From positions 38,112-102,111 of the forward strand of contig CAUSWF010000003.1 in assembly GCA_963535465.1 (NCBI GenBank): a stretch of 64,000 bases of DNA. Reading direction: 5' to 3'. The stretch comes from an uncultured Erysipelotrichaceae bacterium. Lineage in GTDB: Bacteria; Bacillota_I; Bacilli_A; RF39; UBA660. Positions 34,918-45,884 of the stretch are shown piece after piece. Positions within the stretch are counted from its first letter, which is position 1. Every line of letters starts with the position of its first letter. The notes beneath the pieces are model-generated. The model saw only the letters and a program-made list of their open reading frames with translations, was not told the DNA's origin and did not search any database. A program made the translations under genes and the position numbers.

Positions 34918-35160
34918 AAAAAAAGACTATAACATAAGGACGAATAACCGCGGTACCACCTTATTTTATAGTCATACTATACACTCTTTAGTTAACGCCT
35001 ACCACGTCTATATCTACATATCGATATAGCAGTTCAAAAGCCATCCAAAATATTATCTAATATCCTTCTCACCAAACAGGACTCTCTTAAATTAAATTAA
35101 TATCTCTCTCTTTTTCAAAACATTTATACAAAAACTATAACTCATAATTTACCTAAATGC
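34918..35160 (-). promoter_or_regulatory. T-box riboswitch leader of metG
   Basis: The minus strand contains the canonical T-box sequence AAUAAGGUGGUACCGCGG (plus strand 34945-34966). It is followed by a terminator T-run immediately upstream of the metG RBS. Confidence 0.6.
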
Positions 35161-35164
35161 AAGA

Positions 35165-35809
35165 TTAATCTATCTTTAATAAACTATTTAAAGTCAATTT
35201 AAATCTATCTCCACTCTCTTTAACATTATTAATTAATGTTGTATCTTTAACTAAAAGTTTAACGTCAACAGACTCTAATATATTCTTAGTATATTCCTTA
35301 TTTATATATTTAATCATATCAGAAGAAAATTTATCATAAACAACATTATCTGTATTATCTAATAACTCCTTTATAGAACCTATTAAATACTTATCAGTAC
35401 ACTCATTAAGTTTTGTTTTTATCATATCTTTTATATTTTTATCTATAACATTTAATTCTTTTTTTAAAAATTTATATTCCTCCCCTTCAGAAACATTAGT
35501 CTTCTTCATTAACTTTTCTAAATTCTTAACTCTAAATTCAATAATCTTTAAATAATCTTTACTTATGTTATATCTATACTCATCAAGTATTACTTCTAAC
35601 TTTTCTATATCTAAAATAATCTTATTTTTCTTAGCTAAAGATATAAACTTAGTTTTTATTACATCCATTGAATCAAGAGGTGGCCTTGCAACTAATGACA
35701 TTAAATCCTCTTTTACTAATGTATTAGTATTGTTATTTATAATATCTAAGATAATATTCTTATAATTTTCTTGATGTTGTTTTATTACAACCTCTTTATC
35801 ATCTATCAT
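35165..35809 (-). CDS. Hypothetical Lys/Glu/Ile-rich, probably coiled-coil, protein
   Basis: 214-aa ORF between mfd and metG with no recognisable family. Confidence 0.5.
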   Translation of the reverse strand: MIDDKEVVIKQHQENYKNIILDIINNNTNTLVKEDLMSLVARPPLDSMDVIKTKFISLAKKNKIILDIEKLEVILDEYRYNISKDYLKIIEFRVKNLEKLMKKTNVSEGEEYKFLKKELNVIDKNIKDMIKTKLNECTDKYLIGSIKELLDNTDNVVYDKFSSDMIKYINKEYTKNILESVDVKLLVKDTTLINNVKESGDRFKLTLNSLLKID

Positions 35810-35821
35810 TTAATCCTCCCT

Positions 35822-38800
35822 TTATACTCTTAATTTAGAATTTATTTTATCAAACATTTCTGTAAGATAATATATAGGATGTTTATCCAGTCTTATTATA
35901 TCTAATAGTAAATATACATTATTGCCTCTAGATATAAATCTAAACATTCTAGATATCTTAAATGCATCCATAAAAACATCTTCCATATCTAATTTATCTA
36001 TTAATTCTTTAGGTAGTTTAATCTCAATTGAATTTTTACTCTCTCTTATACTATTAATACCTAATTTCTTAGCTATCTTCTCAAACCACTCTTCATACAT
36101 ATAGATAACTAAATTTTCATCATCAATTCCAAATCTATCTTTAATTTCTAGTTTAACTTCCTCAATTTGTTCTCTAGAAGCAATTTTATTAATTTTACGG
36201 TGAATTTCAATTCTTAAATCATCTTCACTAATATATTTATTATCTATATGTGTAGTAACAGATATTAAAGGCTTATTACTTTCTTCTTCTATCTCATCAT
36301 TATCATTCTTATTATTTATTTCTTCATTTAACATTTTCAAATAGAAGTCAATTCCTACACTATCTATAAAGCCAGCTTGTTCACTACCTAAAATATCTCC
36401 AGCTCCTCTTATACTTAAATCACGAGTAGCTATACTAAAACCACTACCAAGTTCAGTAAATTCTTTTATCACATTAAGTCTCTTAACTGCAACATCGGTA
36501 AGACTCTTATATGGCTTATACAAAAGATATGCATAAGCAAATTTCTCACTTCTGCCAACTCTTCCTCTTAACTGATAAAGTTGACTAAGACCAAACCTAT
36601 CTGCATCTACAACAATTAAAGTATTAACATTAGGCATATCTATTCCAGTCTCAATTATAGTAGTACATATTAAAATATCATATTTATAATTTATAAAATC
36701 CATTAAAGTTTTTTCTAATTTATCCTTATTCATCTTACCATGTATAATAGCAATTCTAGCATTTGGTATAAGACTAGCTATTTTATCTCTTTGTAATTCA
36801 ATAGTTTCTACCCTATTATACAAGACAAATACTTGTCCTCCTCTAGACATTTCTTTATATATAGCATCTTTTATTATTTGATTATTTTCTTCTATTACAT
36901 AAGTTTGAATAGGAAATCTATTCACAGGAGGTGTTTCAATTAAACTTAAACTTCTAATACCAGTAAGAGACATTTGTAATGTTCTAGGTATAGGAGTAGC
37001 ACTTAATGTAAGTACATCTACATTAGATTTCATTTCTTTTAATTTTTCTTTATGTGAAACTCCAAATCTTTGTTCCTCATCTATAATAAGTAATCCTAAA
37101 TCTTTAATATGTATATCATTACTAAGTAATCTATGTGTACCTATTACCATATTAACAGTCCCATCTGCTAATCCTTGTAATATTCTTTTCTCATCCTTTG
37201 GAGTAGTGAATCTATTAAGCAATCCAATATTAACAGGAAAATCCGCAAATCTATTTATTGCATTCTCATAATGCTGAGAAGACAATATGGTAGTAGGACA
37301 TAAAAATAATACTTGCTTATCATCATTTATTGCTTTAAATGCGGCATTAAATGCAACTTCCGTTTTTCCAAATCCAACGTCTCCACAAAGCAATCTATCC
37401 ATAGGTTTATCAGATTCCATATCAGCCTTTATTTGATTAATTGAATTTATCTGATCTTTAGTAAGTTGATATGAAAATCTTTCTTCAAATTGCTTTGTTA
37501 AATAGTCATCCTTAGAAAAAGCAAATCCTTTAGACTTCTCTCTCTCAGCATACAATTTAAGTAATTTATCCGCCATATCCGCAGCCTTCTGCTTAACTCT
37601 AGCCTTAGTCTTCTTCCAATCAACAGAATCTAATTTATTTATCTTAGGAGAATATCCATCTTTTCCAGAATATCTAACAAGTGTATCAATCTTCTCAACT
37701 GGAACATATATCTTATCTTCCCCTGCATATAATATTTCTAAATAATCTTTAGAAATATCTGCCATAGTTAATGTCTTTATACCATTATATATTCCTATAC
37801 CATGAGCACTATGAACAACATAATCACCAATACTAAGTTTAGATAAATCATCAATACTTGTTCCATATCTAAACTTAGTATTATATTTTTTATTAAAATT
37901 AGTTTTTACTTTAAATAATTCATTTTCTGTTAAAACAACTATATCGTTATATATAAATCCACTAGCTAAAGGTATAGAAACTAAATTTACTTTATTTGCA
38001 TGATAACTAACACCGTCACTATCGTAAAATATATTATTAAGTTTATTAGAAATATTTCTAAGTTGATAATCTTTTAAGCATATAAATACAGTCTTTGATA
38101 AACCAATCATTTTTGTAATAAAAGAAGAAATTAAATCTATATTATCATTAAATTTATCAATAGTTTTAACTTTATAATTTATAATATTATTTATACTAGA
38201 TGATATATTATCTATAGATAAATAATTAATAACAAAATTATTATTAATATCTCTTATACCATGCATATAATTACCCGTATAATTAAGATCTTGTTCACTT
38301 CTATATATTGCAGCTTCTTCCATTATCTTCAAATAAGATAATTCTAATTGATTGTAATCCTTGAAAATAGTATATCCATTCAAATAATCACTAATAGAAG
38401 AAACATTACCATACTTATATAAATTCTTATTATTAAAAGAATCATTATAATCATATTGACCCTTAACAATAAATTCAGAAACAGGTAATATTGTTGTTGT
38501 ATTAATATTAGCAATAGATTTCTGAGTACTAATATCAAAATTTCTAATAGAATCTATTTCATCTCCAAAAAATTCAAATCTAACAGGGTTATCACTACCA
38601 ATAGGAAATACATCTATTATAAATCCTCTAACAGCATAGTCTCCAGTTTTTGTAACTATAGTACTTTTCTCATAACCCATTATATTAAGTTTTTCTATAA
38701 ATTTAGTCATATCTATAGAATCACTAACAGAAATTTCAATAAAAGAATCTAAGTAAGTATTCTTAGTAGGAAGATATCTTAAATATCCCATTATATTAGT

Positions 38801-39115
38801 TATAACAATATATTTATCATCACTAAGTAACTTATTAATAGTTTCTAATCTAGTCATTTTTAAATCTGGGCTTATAGAGATAGCTTCACTTGTTAAAAAA
38901 TCGTCCATAGGAAATAAAAGAACTTTATCTGTAATAAAACTAAAGCTATTAAAAAGATTAGTAGCCTCATATAAACTATTTACAACAAGTAAAATATTTT
39001 CATTCTTTTCTTCATATAAATTATTTATTCCAACAGCAAAAAAATCATCGGTAACTCCAGTGATACCCATGTCTTTTTTTATATCAAATTTTATAAATTT
39101 ATCAAACAACTTCAT
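35822..39115 (-). CDS. mfd: Transcription-repair coupling factor
   Basis: 1097 aa. Superfamily-2 helicase motifs (GDVGFGKTE, DEEQRFG). RNAP-interacting and TRG domains present. Confidence 0.95.
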   Translation of the reverse strand: MKLFDKFIKFDIKKDMGITGVTDDFFAVGINNLYEEKNENILLVVNSLYEATNLFNSFSFITDKVLLFPMDDFLTSEAISISPDLKMTRLETINKLLSDDKYIVITNIMGYLRYLPTKNTYLDSFIEISVSDSIDMTKFIEKLNIMGYEKSTIVTKTGDYAVRGFIIDVFPIGSDNPVRFEFFGDEIDSIRNFDISTQKSIANINTTTILPVSEFIVKGQYDYNDSFNNKNLYKYGNVSSISDYLNGYTIFKDYNQLELSYLKIMEEAAIYRSEQDLNYTGNYMHGIRDINNNFVINYLSIDNISSSINNIINYKVKTIDKFNDNIDLISSFITKMIGLSKTVFICLKDYQLRNISNKLNNIFYDSDGVSYHANKVNLVSIPLASGFIYNDIVVLTENELFKVKTNFNKKYNTKFRYGTSIDDLSKLSIGDYVVHSAHGIGIYNGIKTLTMADISKDYLEILYAGEDKIYVPVEKIDTLVRYSGKDGYSPKINKLDSVDWKKTKARVKQKAADMADKLLKLYAEREKSKGFAFSKDDYLTKQFEERFSYQLTKDQINSINQIKADMESDKPMDRLLCGDVGFGKTEVAFNAAFKAINDDKQVLFLCPTTILSSQHYENAINRFADFPVNIGLLNRFTTPKDEKRILQGLADGTVNMVIGTHRLLSNDIHIKDLGLLIIDEEQRFGVSHKEKLKEMKSNVDVLTLSATPIPRTLQMSLTGIRSLSLIETPPVNRFPIQTYVIEENNQIIKDAIYKEMSRGGQVFVLYNRVETIELQRDKIASLIPNARIAIIHGKMNKDKLEKTLMDFINYKYDILICTTIIETGIDMPNVNTLIVVDADRFGLSQLYQLRGRVGRSEKFAYAYLLYKPYKSLTDVAVKRLNVIKEFTELGSGFSIATRDLSIRGAGDILGSEQAGFIDSVGIDFYLKMLNEEINNKNDNDEIEEESNKPLISVTTHIDNKYISEDDLRIEIHRKINKIASREQIEEVKLEIKDRFGIDDENLVIYMYEEWFEKIAKKLGINSIRESKNSIEIKLPKELIDKLDMEDVFMDAFKISRMFRFISRGNNVYLLLDIIRLDKHPIYYLTEMFDKINSKLRV

Positions 39116-39675
39116 TATTTATTCTTTCTATTATACTTAGACATCAATATATCAAAAGAAGTATTATAAAATCTATCTAATACATCAGATAATATATCAA
39201 ATACATCATAATAATCTTTAACAGAAATTTTACCTAATACATAATCTTTTACATCATAAGTTGTATTAGAAATACCAATTCTAAATCTCTTATAATTTTG
39301 TGTTCCTATATGTAACTCTATATTCTTAAGACCATTGTGTCCACCACTAGAGCCATTATTTTTAATTTTATAATTTCCTACTCCTAAATCTAAATCATCA
39401 ACAACAACTAATAAGTCAGATACATCAATCTTAAAATAATCTAAATATTTTCTAACAGCTTCTCCACTTAAATTCATATATGTTAAAGGTTTCATAAATA
39501 TTATCTTTTCTCCGCCAATAACGGTATCTAGATAAATTCCATTAAATTTTTCTTTCCATTCTAGCTTAATACCTTTTTTATTTAAATAATAATCTATGAA
39601 AAGATATCCCATATTATGTCTAGTATTTTCATACTCTTTTCCAGGATTTCCCAAACCTACTATCAATTTCATCAA
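39115..39675 (-). CDS. pth: Peptidyl-tRNA hydrolase
   Basis: 186 aa. GLGNPG...YENTRHN signature. Confidence 0.93.
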   Translation of the reverse strand: MMKLIVGLGNPGKEYENTRHNMGYLFIDYYLNKKGIKLEWKEKFNGIYLDTVIGGEKIIFMKPLTYMNLSGEAVRKYLDYFKIDVSDLLVVVDDLDLGVGNYKIKNNGSSGGHNGLKNIELHIGTQNYKRFRIGISNTTYDVKDYVLGKISVKDYYDVFDILSDVLDRFYNTSFDILMSKYNRKNK

Positions 39676-39676
39676 A

Positions 39677-40516
39677 TCACTTCCCTATATGATATTCTTT
39701 ATAAACTATTCCTTTGCTTATACCTCTATCCTTAGCCACAGACTTTATCGCATCCATTTCACTCATACCATCTTTAATATATAAGTTTACGTGTTCTAAA
39801 ATAGTTATAGCTGAATAATCTATTATCTCTTTATTACCATCAACTACTATAACAAATTCTCCCTTTAACGTATCAGCAATAGGAATAACATTACTAATGT
39901 TATCACGAATAACCTCTTCATGCAATTTAGATATTTCTCTAGATATTGCAATAAATCTATCTCCAAATATTTCGAGCATATTTTCTAAAGTATTTTTCAA
40001 GCGATGAACTGACTCATAAAATACTAAAGTATATTTAATATTTTTTAATGACTTTAACTCAGTCTTTTGTTTAGAATTATGACTATTTAAAAATCCATAA
40101 TATAAAAACGGACTAGGGTCTATACCAGATGATGTTATTGCTGGAACAAAAGCTGTTGCCCCAGGTAAACTAATAACATTATATCCAGAAGCAATAACTG
40201 CTTTAGAAATAATATATCCAGGATCACTAATTATAGGAGTTCCTTGGTCAGTAACAAGTCCTATATTTTGACCAGATTTTAAATAATCAATTACTTGATT
40301 AACTATTTTAGACTCATTCCACTGATGACTTGAAATTAATTTTTTTGATATATCATAATGCTTTAATAGTTTCATAGTTTCTCGAGTATCTTCACTCAAA
40401 ATAACATCTACTGTATTAAGGACATTTAAACTTCTTATCGTTATATCTTCTAAATTACCAATTGGAGTTGGTATTAAATATAAAGAAGCTGTATCATTAT
40501 AACTCTTTTGTCTCAT
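39677..40516 (-). CDS. rsmI: 16S rRNA (cytidine1402-2'-O)-methyltransferase
   Basis: Tetrapyrrole-methylase fold (LYLIPTPIGNLEDIT, SEDTR). Confidence 0.9.
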   Translation of the reverse strand: MRQKSYNDTASLYLIPTPIGNLEDITIRSLNVLNTVDVILSEDTRETMKLLKHYDISKKLISSHQWNESKIVNQVIDYLKSGQNIGLVTDQGTPIISDPGYIISKAVIASGYNVISLPGATAFVPAITSSGIDPSPFLYYGFLNSHNSKQKTELKSLKNIKYTLVFYESVHRLKNTLENMLEIFGDRFIAISREISKLHEEVIRDNISNVIPIADTLKGEFVIVVDGNKEIIDYSAITILEHVNLYIKDGMSEMDAIKSVAKDRGISKGIVYKEYHIGK

Positions 40517-41234
40517 TCGGTACCTCCTTTATTTTAGTGTATTCTAAAGTATCACAATCATTTTCTTTTAATATAAAAGGATTTTCTATTTTTAAACCAC
40601 TCTTACCATTCTTTTGACCTTCTAATAGAACTAAAGTACTCTCTTTATCAATAGTTTCATATACAAATCTCATTCTTTTAGGTTCTATTTTATATTTTTT
40701 CATATATTCTATCATTTCAACTAATCTATCAGGTCTATTAACAATAGCTAAATTACCATCATTTGAAAGTAACTTAGACGAAATAGAAATAACTTCTTCA
40801 AGTGTTATTTTAATTTCATGTCTTGCTATTGCTTTTTCATTTATTTCATTTAAAAACTTATCATAATTTTTAAAAAATGGTGGATTGCAAGTAATTAAAT
40901 CATACTGATTACAATTATTACTAGTTACAAAATCCTTCATATCTATATTATAAGGAACAATTCTATCATCCAAATTATTGTATTTAATAGATTTAATGGC
41001 CAATTCATATAAAGATTTCTGTATTTCAACACATTCAATTTTTTTATCACATCTAAGTGTCATAATTAAAGGAATAACACCATTTCCAGTACCTAAATCT
41101 AATATCTTCTTATCTCTTTTTCTTATAGTAGCAAAATTAGCTAACATAATACTGTCTAAAGAAAATAAAAAATAATCATCATTCTGATAAATTTTTCTAT
41201 TTTTATAACCAAGTATATCATTAATAACTTCCAT
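40497..41234 (-). CDS. tRNA1(Val) (adenine37-N6)-methyltransferase-like (YabB/TrmN6)
   Basis: DLGTGNG SAM motif and CNPPFF motif. Confidence 0.8.
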   Translation of the reverse strand: MEVINDILGYKNRKIYQNDDYFLFSLDSIMLANFATIRKRDKKILDLGTGNGVIPLIMTLRCDKKIECVEIQKSLYELAIKSIKYNNLDDRIVPYNIDMKDFVTSNNCNQYDLITCNPPFFKNYDKFLNEINEKAIARHEIKITLEEVISISSKLLSNDGNLAIVNRPDRLVEMIEYMKKYKIEPKRMRFVYETIDKESTLVLLEGQKNGKSGLKIENPFILKENDCDTLEYTKIKEVPNETKEL

Positions 41235-42022
41235 TATTTTTCATCCTTTTTAAATACAACAATTCCTTGTTCACCAAAATCAACAGAATATTCACCTTTT
41301 AAAACATCAACATTCACTACTTTTCCCGTACCTTTAGAAGTATTAACCATAAAACCAACTTTAGGTAATTCTTTCTTAAGTTCAAGATATGTATCATTTT
41401 CATAACCTAAACAACATAGCAATCTACCACACAAGCCATTAATTTTAGTAGGATTAAGTGCAATCAACTGATTCTTAGCCATACTTATAGATACAGAATT
41501 AAAATCAGTTAAAAATCTATTACAACATAATTGCATACCACAAGGTCCCAACCCACCAATTCTTCTTGCTTTATCTCTTATACCTATTTGAACAAGTTCT
41601 ATTCTAGTCTTATACTTATAAGCTAATTGCTTTACTAATTCTCTAAAATCTATTCTATTATCCGCAATAAAAGACAAATATAATTGAGAATTGTCAAAAT
41701 TATAATAAGCATCAACAAAACTCATTTCCAGATTTAATTTAGCACTAATTTCTTTAGCATCATACAAGGCCTTAGAAGCTTTAACTTTACTATCCTCATG
41801 TTTTTTAACATCTTCACTACTTGCCAAAGATAATATAGAAAATAGAGGCATAATTAAATTTTCTTTTTTTTCAGAATATTCTTCTCTAATAACCTTACCT
41901 ATCATTTTCCCAGAATCAGTGTTAAATAATACTAAATCATTCATTTTATATTTGGAATTTCCTTGAGACAAATAATAAATATTTAAATCAACTAAATTTT
42001 TAACAACTACTACATTAATCAT
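41234..42022 (-). CDS. ricT: PSP1-domain protein YaaT/RicT
   Basis: Conserved Cys cluster (GPCGMQLCCNRFL...LCGRLLCCLGYE). Conserved position after holB. Confidence 0.85.
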   Translation of the reverse strand: MINVVVVKNLVDLNIYYLSQGNSKYKMNDLVLFNTDSGKMIGKVIREEYSEKKENLIMPLFSILSLASSEDVKKHEDSKVKASKALYDAKEISAKLNLEMSFVDAYYNFDNSQLYLSFIADNRIDFRELVKQLAYKYKTRIELVQIGIRDKARRIGGLGPCGMQLCCNRFLTDFNSVSISMAKNQLIALNPTKINGLCGRLLCCLGYENDTYLELKKELPKVGFMVNTSKGTGKVVNVDVLKGEYSVDFGEQGIVVFKKDEK

Positions 42023-42791
42023 TTATTGCTCCTATAATTTTAGATAACATTTTATCTAAAAATAACTTCATATTAATATTATAATCTAAATTAGTTAATT
42101 CTTCCTCTAAAATAAGAATAATTTCAGAAGTTTTACAAATATTTAATTGACTATTATTTTCCAATAATCTAATTAAATTAGTAATTACTAACTTTGAATT
42201 TTCTCTATCAAAAAAATATTTTTCTAACAAATCATTAAATTTAATAAAAGATTCTTCTCCAGATAAAATAATATCTAGTACTTCATTATAATCATCCGAA
42301 ATTAATATATCACTCTTGATTTCTAGTAATTGGCATCTAGAAATTATAGTATCTTTGAGTAAATTAACATTTTTTGTAACCAAAAAAGCTATTATATTTT
42401 CTTCAGGTTCTTCTAAAAATTTCAAAATTGTATTTAAAGAATATTGATTCATTTTTTCCGCTTCTTTTATCAAATATATTTTTTTATTTTCATACACTGA
42501 TTTAGTCTTAAATTCTTCTTGTAAAAGCTTGATTTGTTGTTTTTTTATAACAGTTCCATCTGCCTCAACTATAATAAAATCAGGATAATCATTATTTTCT
42601 AATAAACAAAGTAATTTATCAACAGAAAAAAAGTGATTATATTTAATAAATATATTATTAATAAAACTTAATAATAATTGATAATCACTATCATAATTAG
42701 ATAACTCCACTAAATAAGCATGAGATAATTTATCATTAGTAAGAAAATTATCAGTTTCTTTTATAAATTTTTCATAAGATAAATTACACAT
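42015..42791 (-). CDS. holB: DNA polymerase III delta'-like subunit (divergent, P-loop degenerate)
   Basis: 258 aa with AAA-like clamp-loader topology (LSHAYLV, ...ISRCQ sensor motif). Conserved position between recR and yaaT. Confidence 0.6.
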   Translation of the reverse strand: MCNLSYEKFIKETDNFLTNDKLSHAYLVELSNYDSDYQLLLSFINNIFIKYNHFFSVDKLLCLLENNDYPDFIIVEADGTVIKKQQIKLLQEEFKTKSVYENKKIYLIKEAEKMNQYSLNTILKFLEEPEENIIAFLVTKNVNLLKDTIISRCQLLEIKSDILISDDYNEVLDIILSGEESFIKFNDLLEKYFFDRENSKLVITNLIRLLENNSQLNICKTSEIILILEEELTNLDYNINMKLFLDKMLSKIIGAIND

Positions 42792-42796
42792 AAAAT

Positions 42797-43390
42797 CTAC
42801 ATGATTTCCTTTCTATCACACATAGCTCTTTCCAAAGTTAAACCATCAACATATTCCATATCGGCACCCATTGGTAAACCACTGGCTAATCTAGTAATCT
42901 TAACATGCATACCATCTAATATTCTTTTTATATATAATGCCGTAGTCTCACCCTCAATACTCGGTTTAAAAGCAAATATTACTTCTTCAAATTTTTCTTT
43001 TGTTATCCTATCGATGAGTTTTTCTAAACCAATATCATCAGGATTAATACCATCAAGGGGACTAATTAATCCATTTAAAACATGATATTTACCATGAAAA
43101 ACCCCTAATTTTTCTAATAGAAAAACATTTTTTGAATCTTCAACAACTATTAAAGAATTATCTCTATTTTTATCATTACAAATATAACATAAATCTAAAT
43201 CAGTATAAGTAGAACAAACTGGACACTTATGTATATTTTCTGATACAGCAATAAGTGATTTTTCAAATAATTCAACTTGTTCTTCTTCTAAATCTAATAT
43301 AGAGTAAGCATACCTTTCAGCTGTTTTTTCCCCAACACCTGGTAAATATTTAAAAGATTCAATAAGTTTTTTTAAACTATCTGGATACAT
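42797..43390 (-). CDS. recR: Recombination protein RecR
   Basis: HhH motif (LPGVGEKTAERYAY), C4 zinc finger (CPVCS...CYIC) and Toprim domain. Confidence 0.95.
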   Translation of the reverse strand: MYPDSLKKLIESFKYLPGVGEKTAERYAYSILDLEEEQVELFEKSLIAVSENIHKCPVCSTYTDLDLCYICNDKNRDNSLIVVEDSKNVFLLEKLGVFHGKYHVLNGLISPLDGINPDDIGLEKLIDRITKEKFEEVIFAFKPSIEGETTALYIKRILDGMHVKITRLASGLPMGADMEYVDGLTLERAMCDRKEIM

Positions 43391-43392
43391 AA

Positions 43393-43686
43393 TTAAAATA
43401 ATCCTGGGATATTACCAAATTTACCCATTTTTGCAGATGTAGCTATATCAATCTTCTTATTTGCATCATTCACAGCAACCAAGATCATATCCTCTAGCAT
43501 TTCAATATCTTCTTTATCACAGCTATCTAATTTTATCTTAACAGATTTTAATTCTTTAGTTCCCAACATAACAACAGAAACAGCTGATGATTCTCCTGTA
43601 AATTCAGTATTATCTATCTCTTCCTTATCTTTTAGCATTTCCTTTTGTAAAGCTTGCGCTTGTTTCATCATAGCATTTAAATTCAT
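43393..43686 (-). CDS. ybaB: Nucleoid-associated protein YbaB/EbfC
   Basis: 97 aa. MMKQAQALQKEM...GNIPG pattern. Confidence 0.9.
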   Translation of the reverse strand: MNLNAMMKQAQALQKEMLKDKEEIDNTEFTGESSAVSVVMLGTKELKSVKIKLDSCDKEDIEMLEDMILVAVNDANKKIDIATSAKMGKFGNIPGLF

Positions 43687-43695
43687 ATTTTTCTC

Positions 43696-45375
43696 CTAAT
43701 CTATCTCTTCTACTATTTCATTCCCAAATACTTGCATGGGATTGTTATTTATTATATCACTATTTATTTCATATTCTACATCAGGTTCAATCATTCTATC
43801 AAAATTAAGATTCTGATTTTTTAATTCAATATACTTATTCTTTAAAATATTCCATTCACTGTCAGATATAAATGCAAATTTAAAATTACAATTATATTTA
43901 TCATTAAACAATTCATTTAACTCCAATATGTTAGTAAGAACATTTCTAAGTAAACCTTGTGTCTTAAAACTAAACAATAACGTATCACTAGATGCAACTC
44001 TTAATACAGAATCTTTAATACTACTATCTAAAAATGAATATTTTAAATCATTTTCAAACGATTTATTTGTTAGTTTTTCCTTCATATCTAATAATATCTT
44101 TTTATTAGCATCAATCATTAAATTATTTATTCTAGCACGCATAATATCATTAATATTTAATATATTTTTTTTATGATTACTATTATTTTTTATATTGTTT
44201 TTGTTAATTTCAGCTTTTTTATCACTATCAATATTTTTATCAACAACTGTATTTTCCTTTTTAATAGGATTATCTAAACTATTAGAAACTGATTTATTAT
44301 CATTTTCAGAAATTACATTGTATACAATCTTTTTATCACTTTCTACAATATTGCTCTTAATATATTTTATCAGCAACATTTCAAAATATACTTTTTGAGA
44401 TGAACTACGTTCTACATTTATAGTATTTTCACTTAAATATAGTAATAATTTTTCAATTAAATTAATATTATATTTAACATTTCTTTTTTTAATATAATTA
44501 TCAACAAGAATATTTTGTAAAAATTCAACATATTGTTTATAAACAAGCGATATATTTTTATTTTTATTATTAAAATCATTTAACTTAATCATTAAATTAG
44601 CTATGTCATTATTAAAAATAAAGTCTGTCATTTCTTCTAATTCCATATTGCTAATCATTCCATTTAACTCATAATAATCATCTAAGGTGATTTTCTGAGA
44701 TGTATATGAAGTAAGTTTATCAAGCATCCCTAAAGAATCTCTCATACCACCTTCTGATGACTTTGCGATTTCAGATAAAACTAAATTATCACAATCAATT
44801 TTTTCTTTATTGCAAACATATTTCAACCTGTCAGTTATTTGATCAACAGTAAGTCTTTTCAAAGAAAAAGTTTGACATCTAGAAACTATAGTCTCTGGAA
44901 CTTTTTGCCAATCAGTTGTAGCCAATATAAATATGACATGTTGTGGTGGTTCTTCTAAAGTCTTAAGCAAGGCATTAAAAGCGCCAATAGAAAGCATATG
45001 AACTTCATCAATAATATATATCTTATACTTAAGTTCAGTTGGTACTAACGATATTTTATCAATTATATTTCTAATTTCATCTACTCCATTATTAGAAGCC
45101 GCGTCCATTTCAATAATATCTACAGAATCTATGCTTCTAATACAATTTTCACATTTTCCACAAGGGTTACCATCTATTGGTTCTATACAATTTACCGCTC
45201 TAGCAAAAATTTTAGATAATGTCGTTTTTCCAATACCTCTAGGGCCAAAGAACATATATGCATGAGAAATATTATTATTTTTAATAGAATTTTTTAATAC
45301 TTTTACAACCGAATCCTGACCAACAACTGAATCAAAATCAACCGGTCTATATTTTCTATATAAAGCTTTATACAT
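43696..45375 (-). CDS. dnaX: DNA polymerase III subunits gamma/tau
   Basis: Walker A GPRGIGKTT, zinc module CGKCENC and SRC motif. Confidence 0.93.
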   Translation of the reverse strand: MYKALYRKYRPVDFDSVVGQDSVVKVLKNSIKNNNISHAYMFFGPRGIGKTTLSKIFARAVNCIEPIDGNPCGKCENCIRSIDSVDIIEMDAASNNGVDEIRNIIDKISLVPTELKYKIYIIDEVHMLSIGAFNALLKTLEEPPQHVIFILATTDWQKVPETIVSRCQTFSLKRLTVDQITDRLKYVCNKEKIDCDNLVLSEIAKSSEGGMRDSLGMLDKLTSYTSQKITLDDYYELNGMISNMELEEMTDFIFNNDIANLMIKLNDFNNKNKNISLVYKQYVEFLQNILVDNYIKKRNVKYNINLIEKLLLYLSENTINVERSSSQKVYFEMLLIKYIKSNIVESDKKIVYNVISENDNKSVSNSLDNPIKKENTVVDKNIDSDKKAEINKNNIKNNSNHKKNILNINDIMRARINNLMIDANKKILLDMKEKLTNKSFENDLKYSFLDSSIKDSVLRVASSDTLLFSFKTQGLLRNVLTNILELNELFNDKYNCNFKFAFISDSEWNILKNKYIELKNQNLNFDRMIEPDVEYEINSDIINNNPMQVFGNEIVEEID

Positions 45376-45427
45376 AAAAAAACCACTCCCATAAACATTA
45401 TAGCATATTTAGCCATATAAAAAATGT

Positions 45428-45874
45428 CTAATTTCTTTTATTTTCAAAGAATTTAGACATCAATTCAAAAGATTTATCCACAGCTAAATTTGTTTCAAAA
45501 TTTACTTTAGAATTTATATCATCGTTTAAAAAAATTTTATTAACAATAAAATTATTAAGTTCATTTTGACCATTAAGTGCAGAATAAACATTTTTTATTC
45601 TAGATTGTTTAATAGCACTAGCACACATAGGACATGGATCAAGAGTAACATATATATCACAATCATCTAGCCTCCAGTTATTTAACTTCTTAGAAGCTTC
45701 TGATATTGCTATTAGCTCAGCATGAGATAAAGAACACTTATTACTTTCCTTTAAATTATAAGCTTTAGCAATAATTTGATTGTTATAAACAATAACCGCA
45801 CCAACAGGTACTTCATTATTATTAAAAGCAATATAAGCTTGTTCAAAAGCAACATCCATAAACTCTTTTTTCAT
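45428..45874 (-). CDS. tadA: tRNA-specific adenosine deaminase
   Basis: HAE (SHAELIAI) and PCxxC (DPCPMCASAI) deaminase motifs. Start set to the internal Met (MKKEFMD) preceded by GGAGA. The 28-codon upstream extension in the ORF track overlaps a structured RNA. Confidence 0.9.
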   Translation of the reverse strand: MKKEFMDVAFEQAYIAFNNNEVPVGAVIVYNNQIIAKAYNLKESNKCSLSHAELIAISEASKKLNNWRLDDCDIYVTLDPCPMCASAIKQSRIKNVYSALNGQNELNNFIVNKIFLNDDINSKVNFETNLAVDKSFELMSKFFENKRN

Positions 45875-45884
45875 ATTATCTCCA

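Noticed and set aside
42015-42791. holB-like gene considered as a pseudogene because the Walker A motif is missing
   Set aside because: Delta' subunits naturally lack a functional P-loop. The ORF is intact and well placed, so it is kept as a divergent holB.
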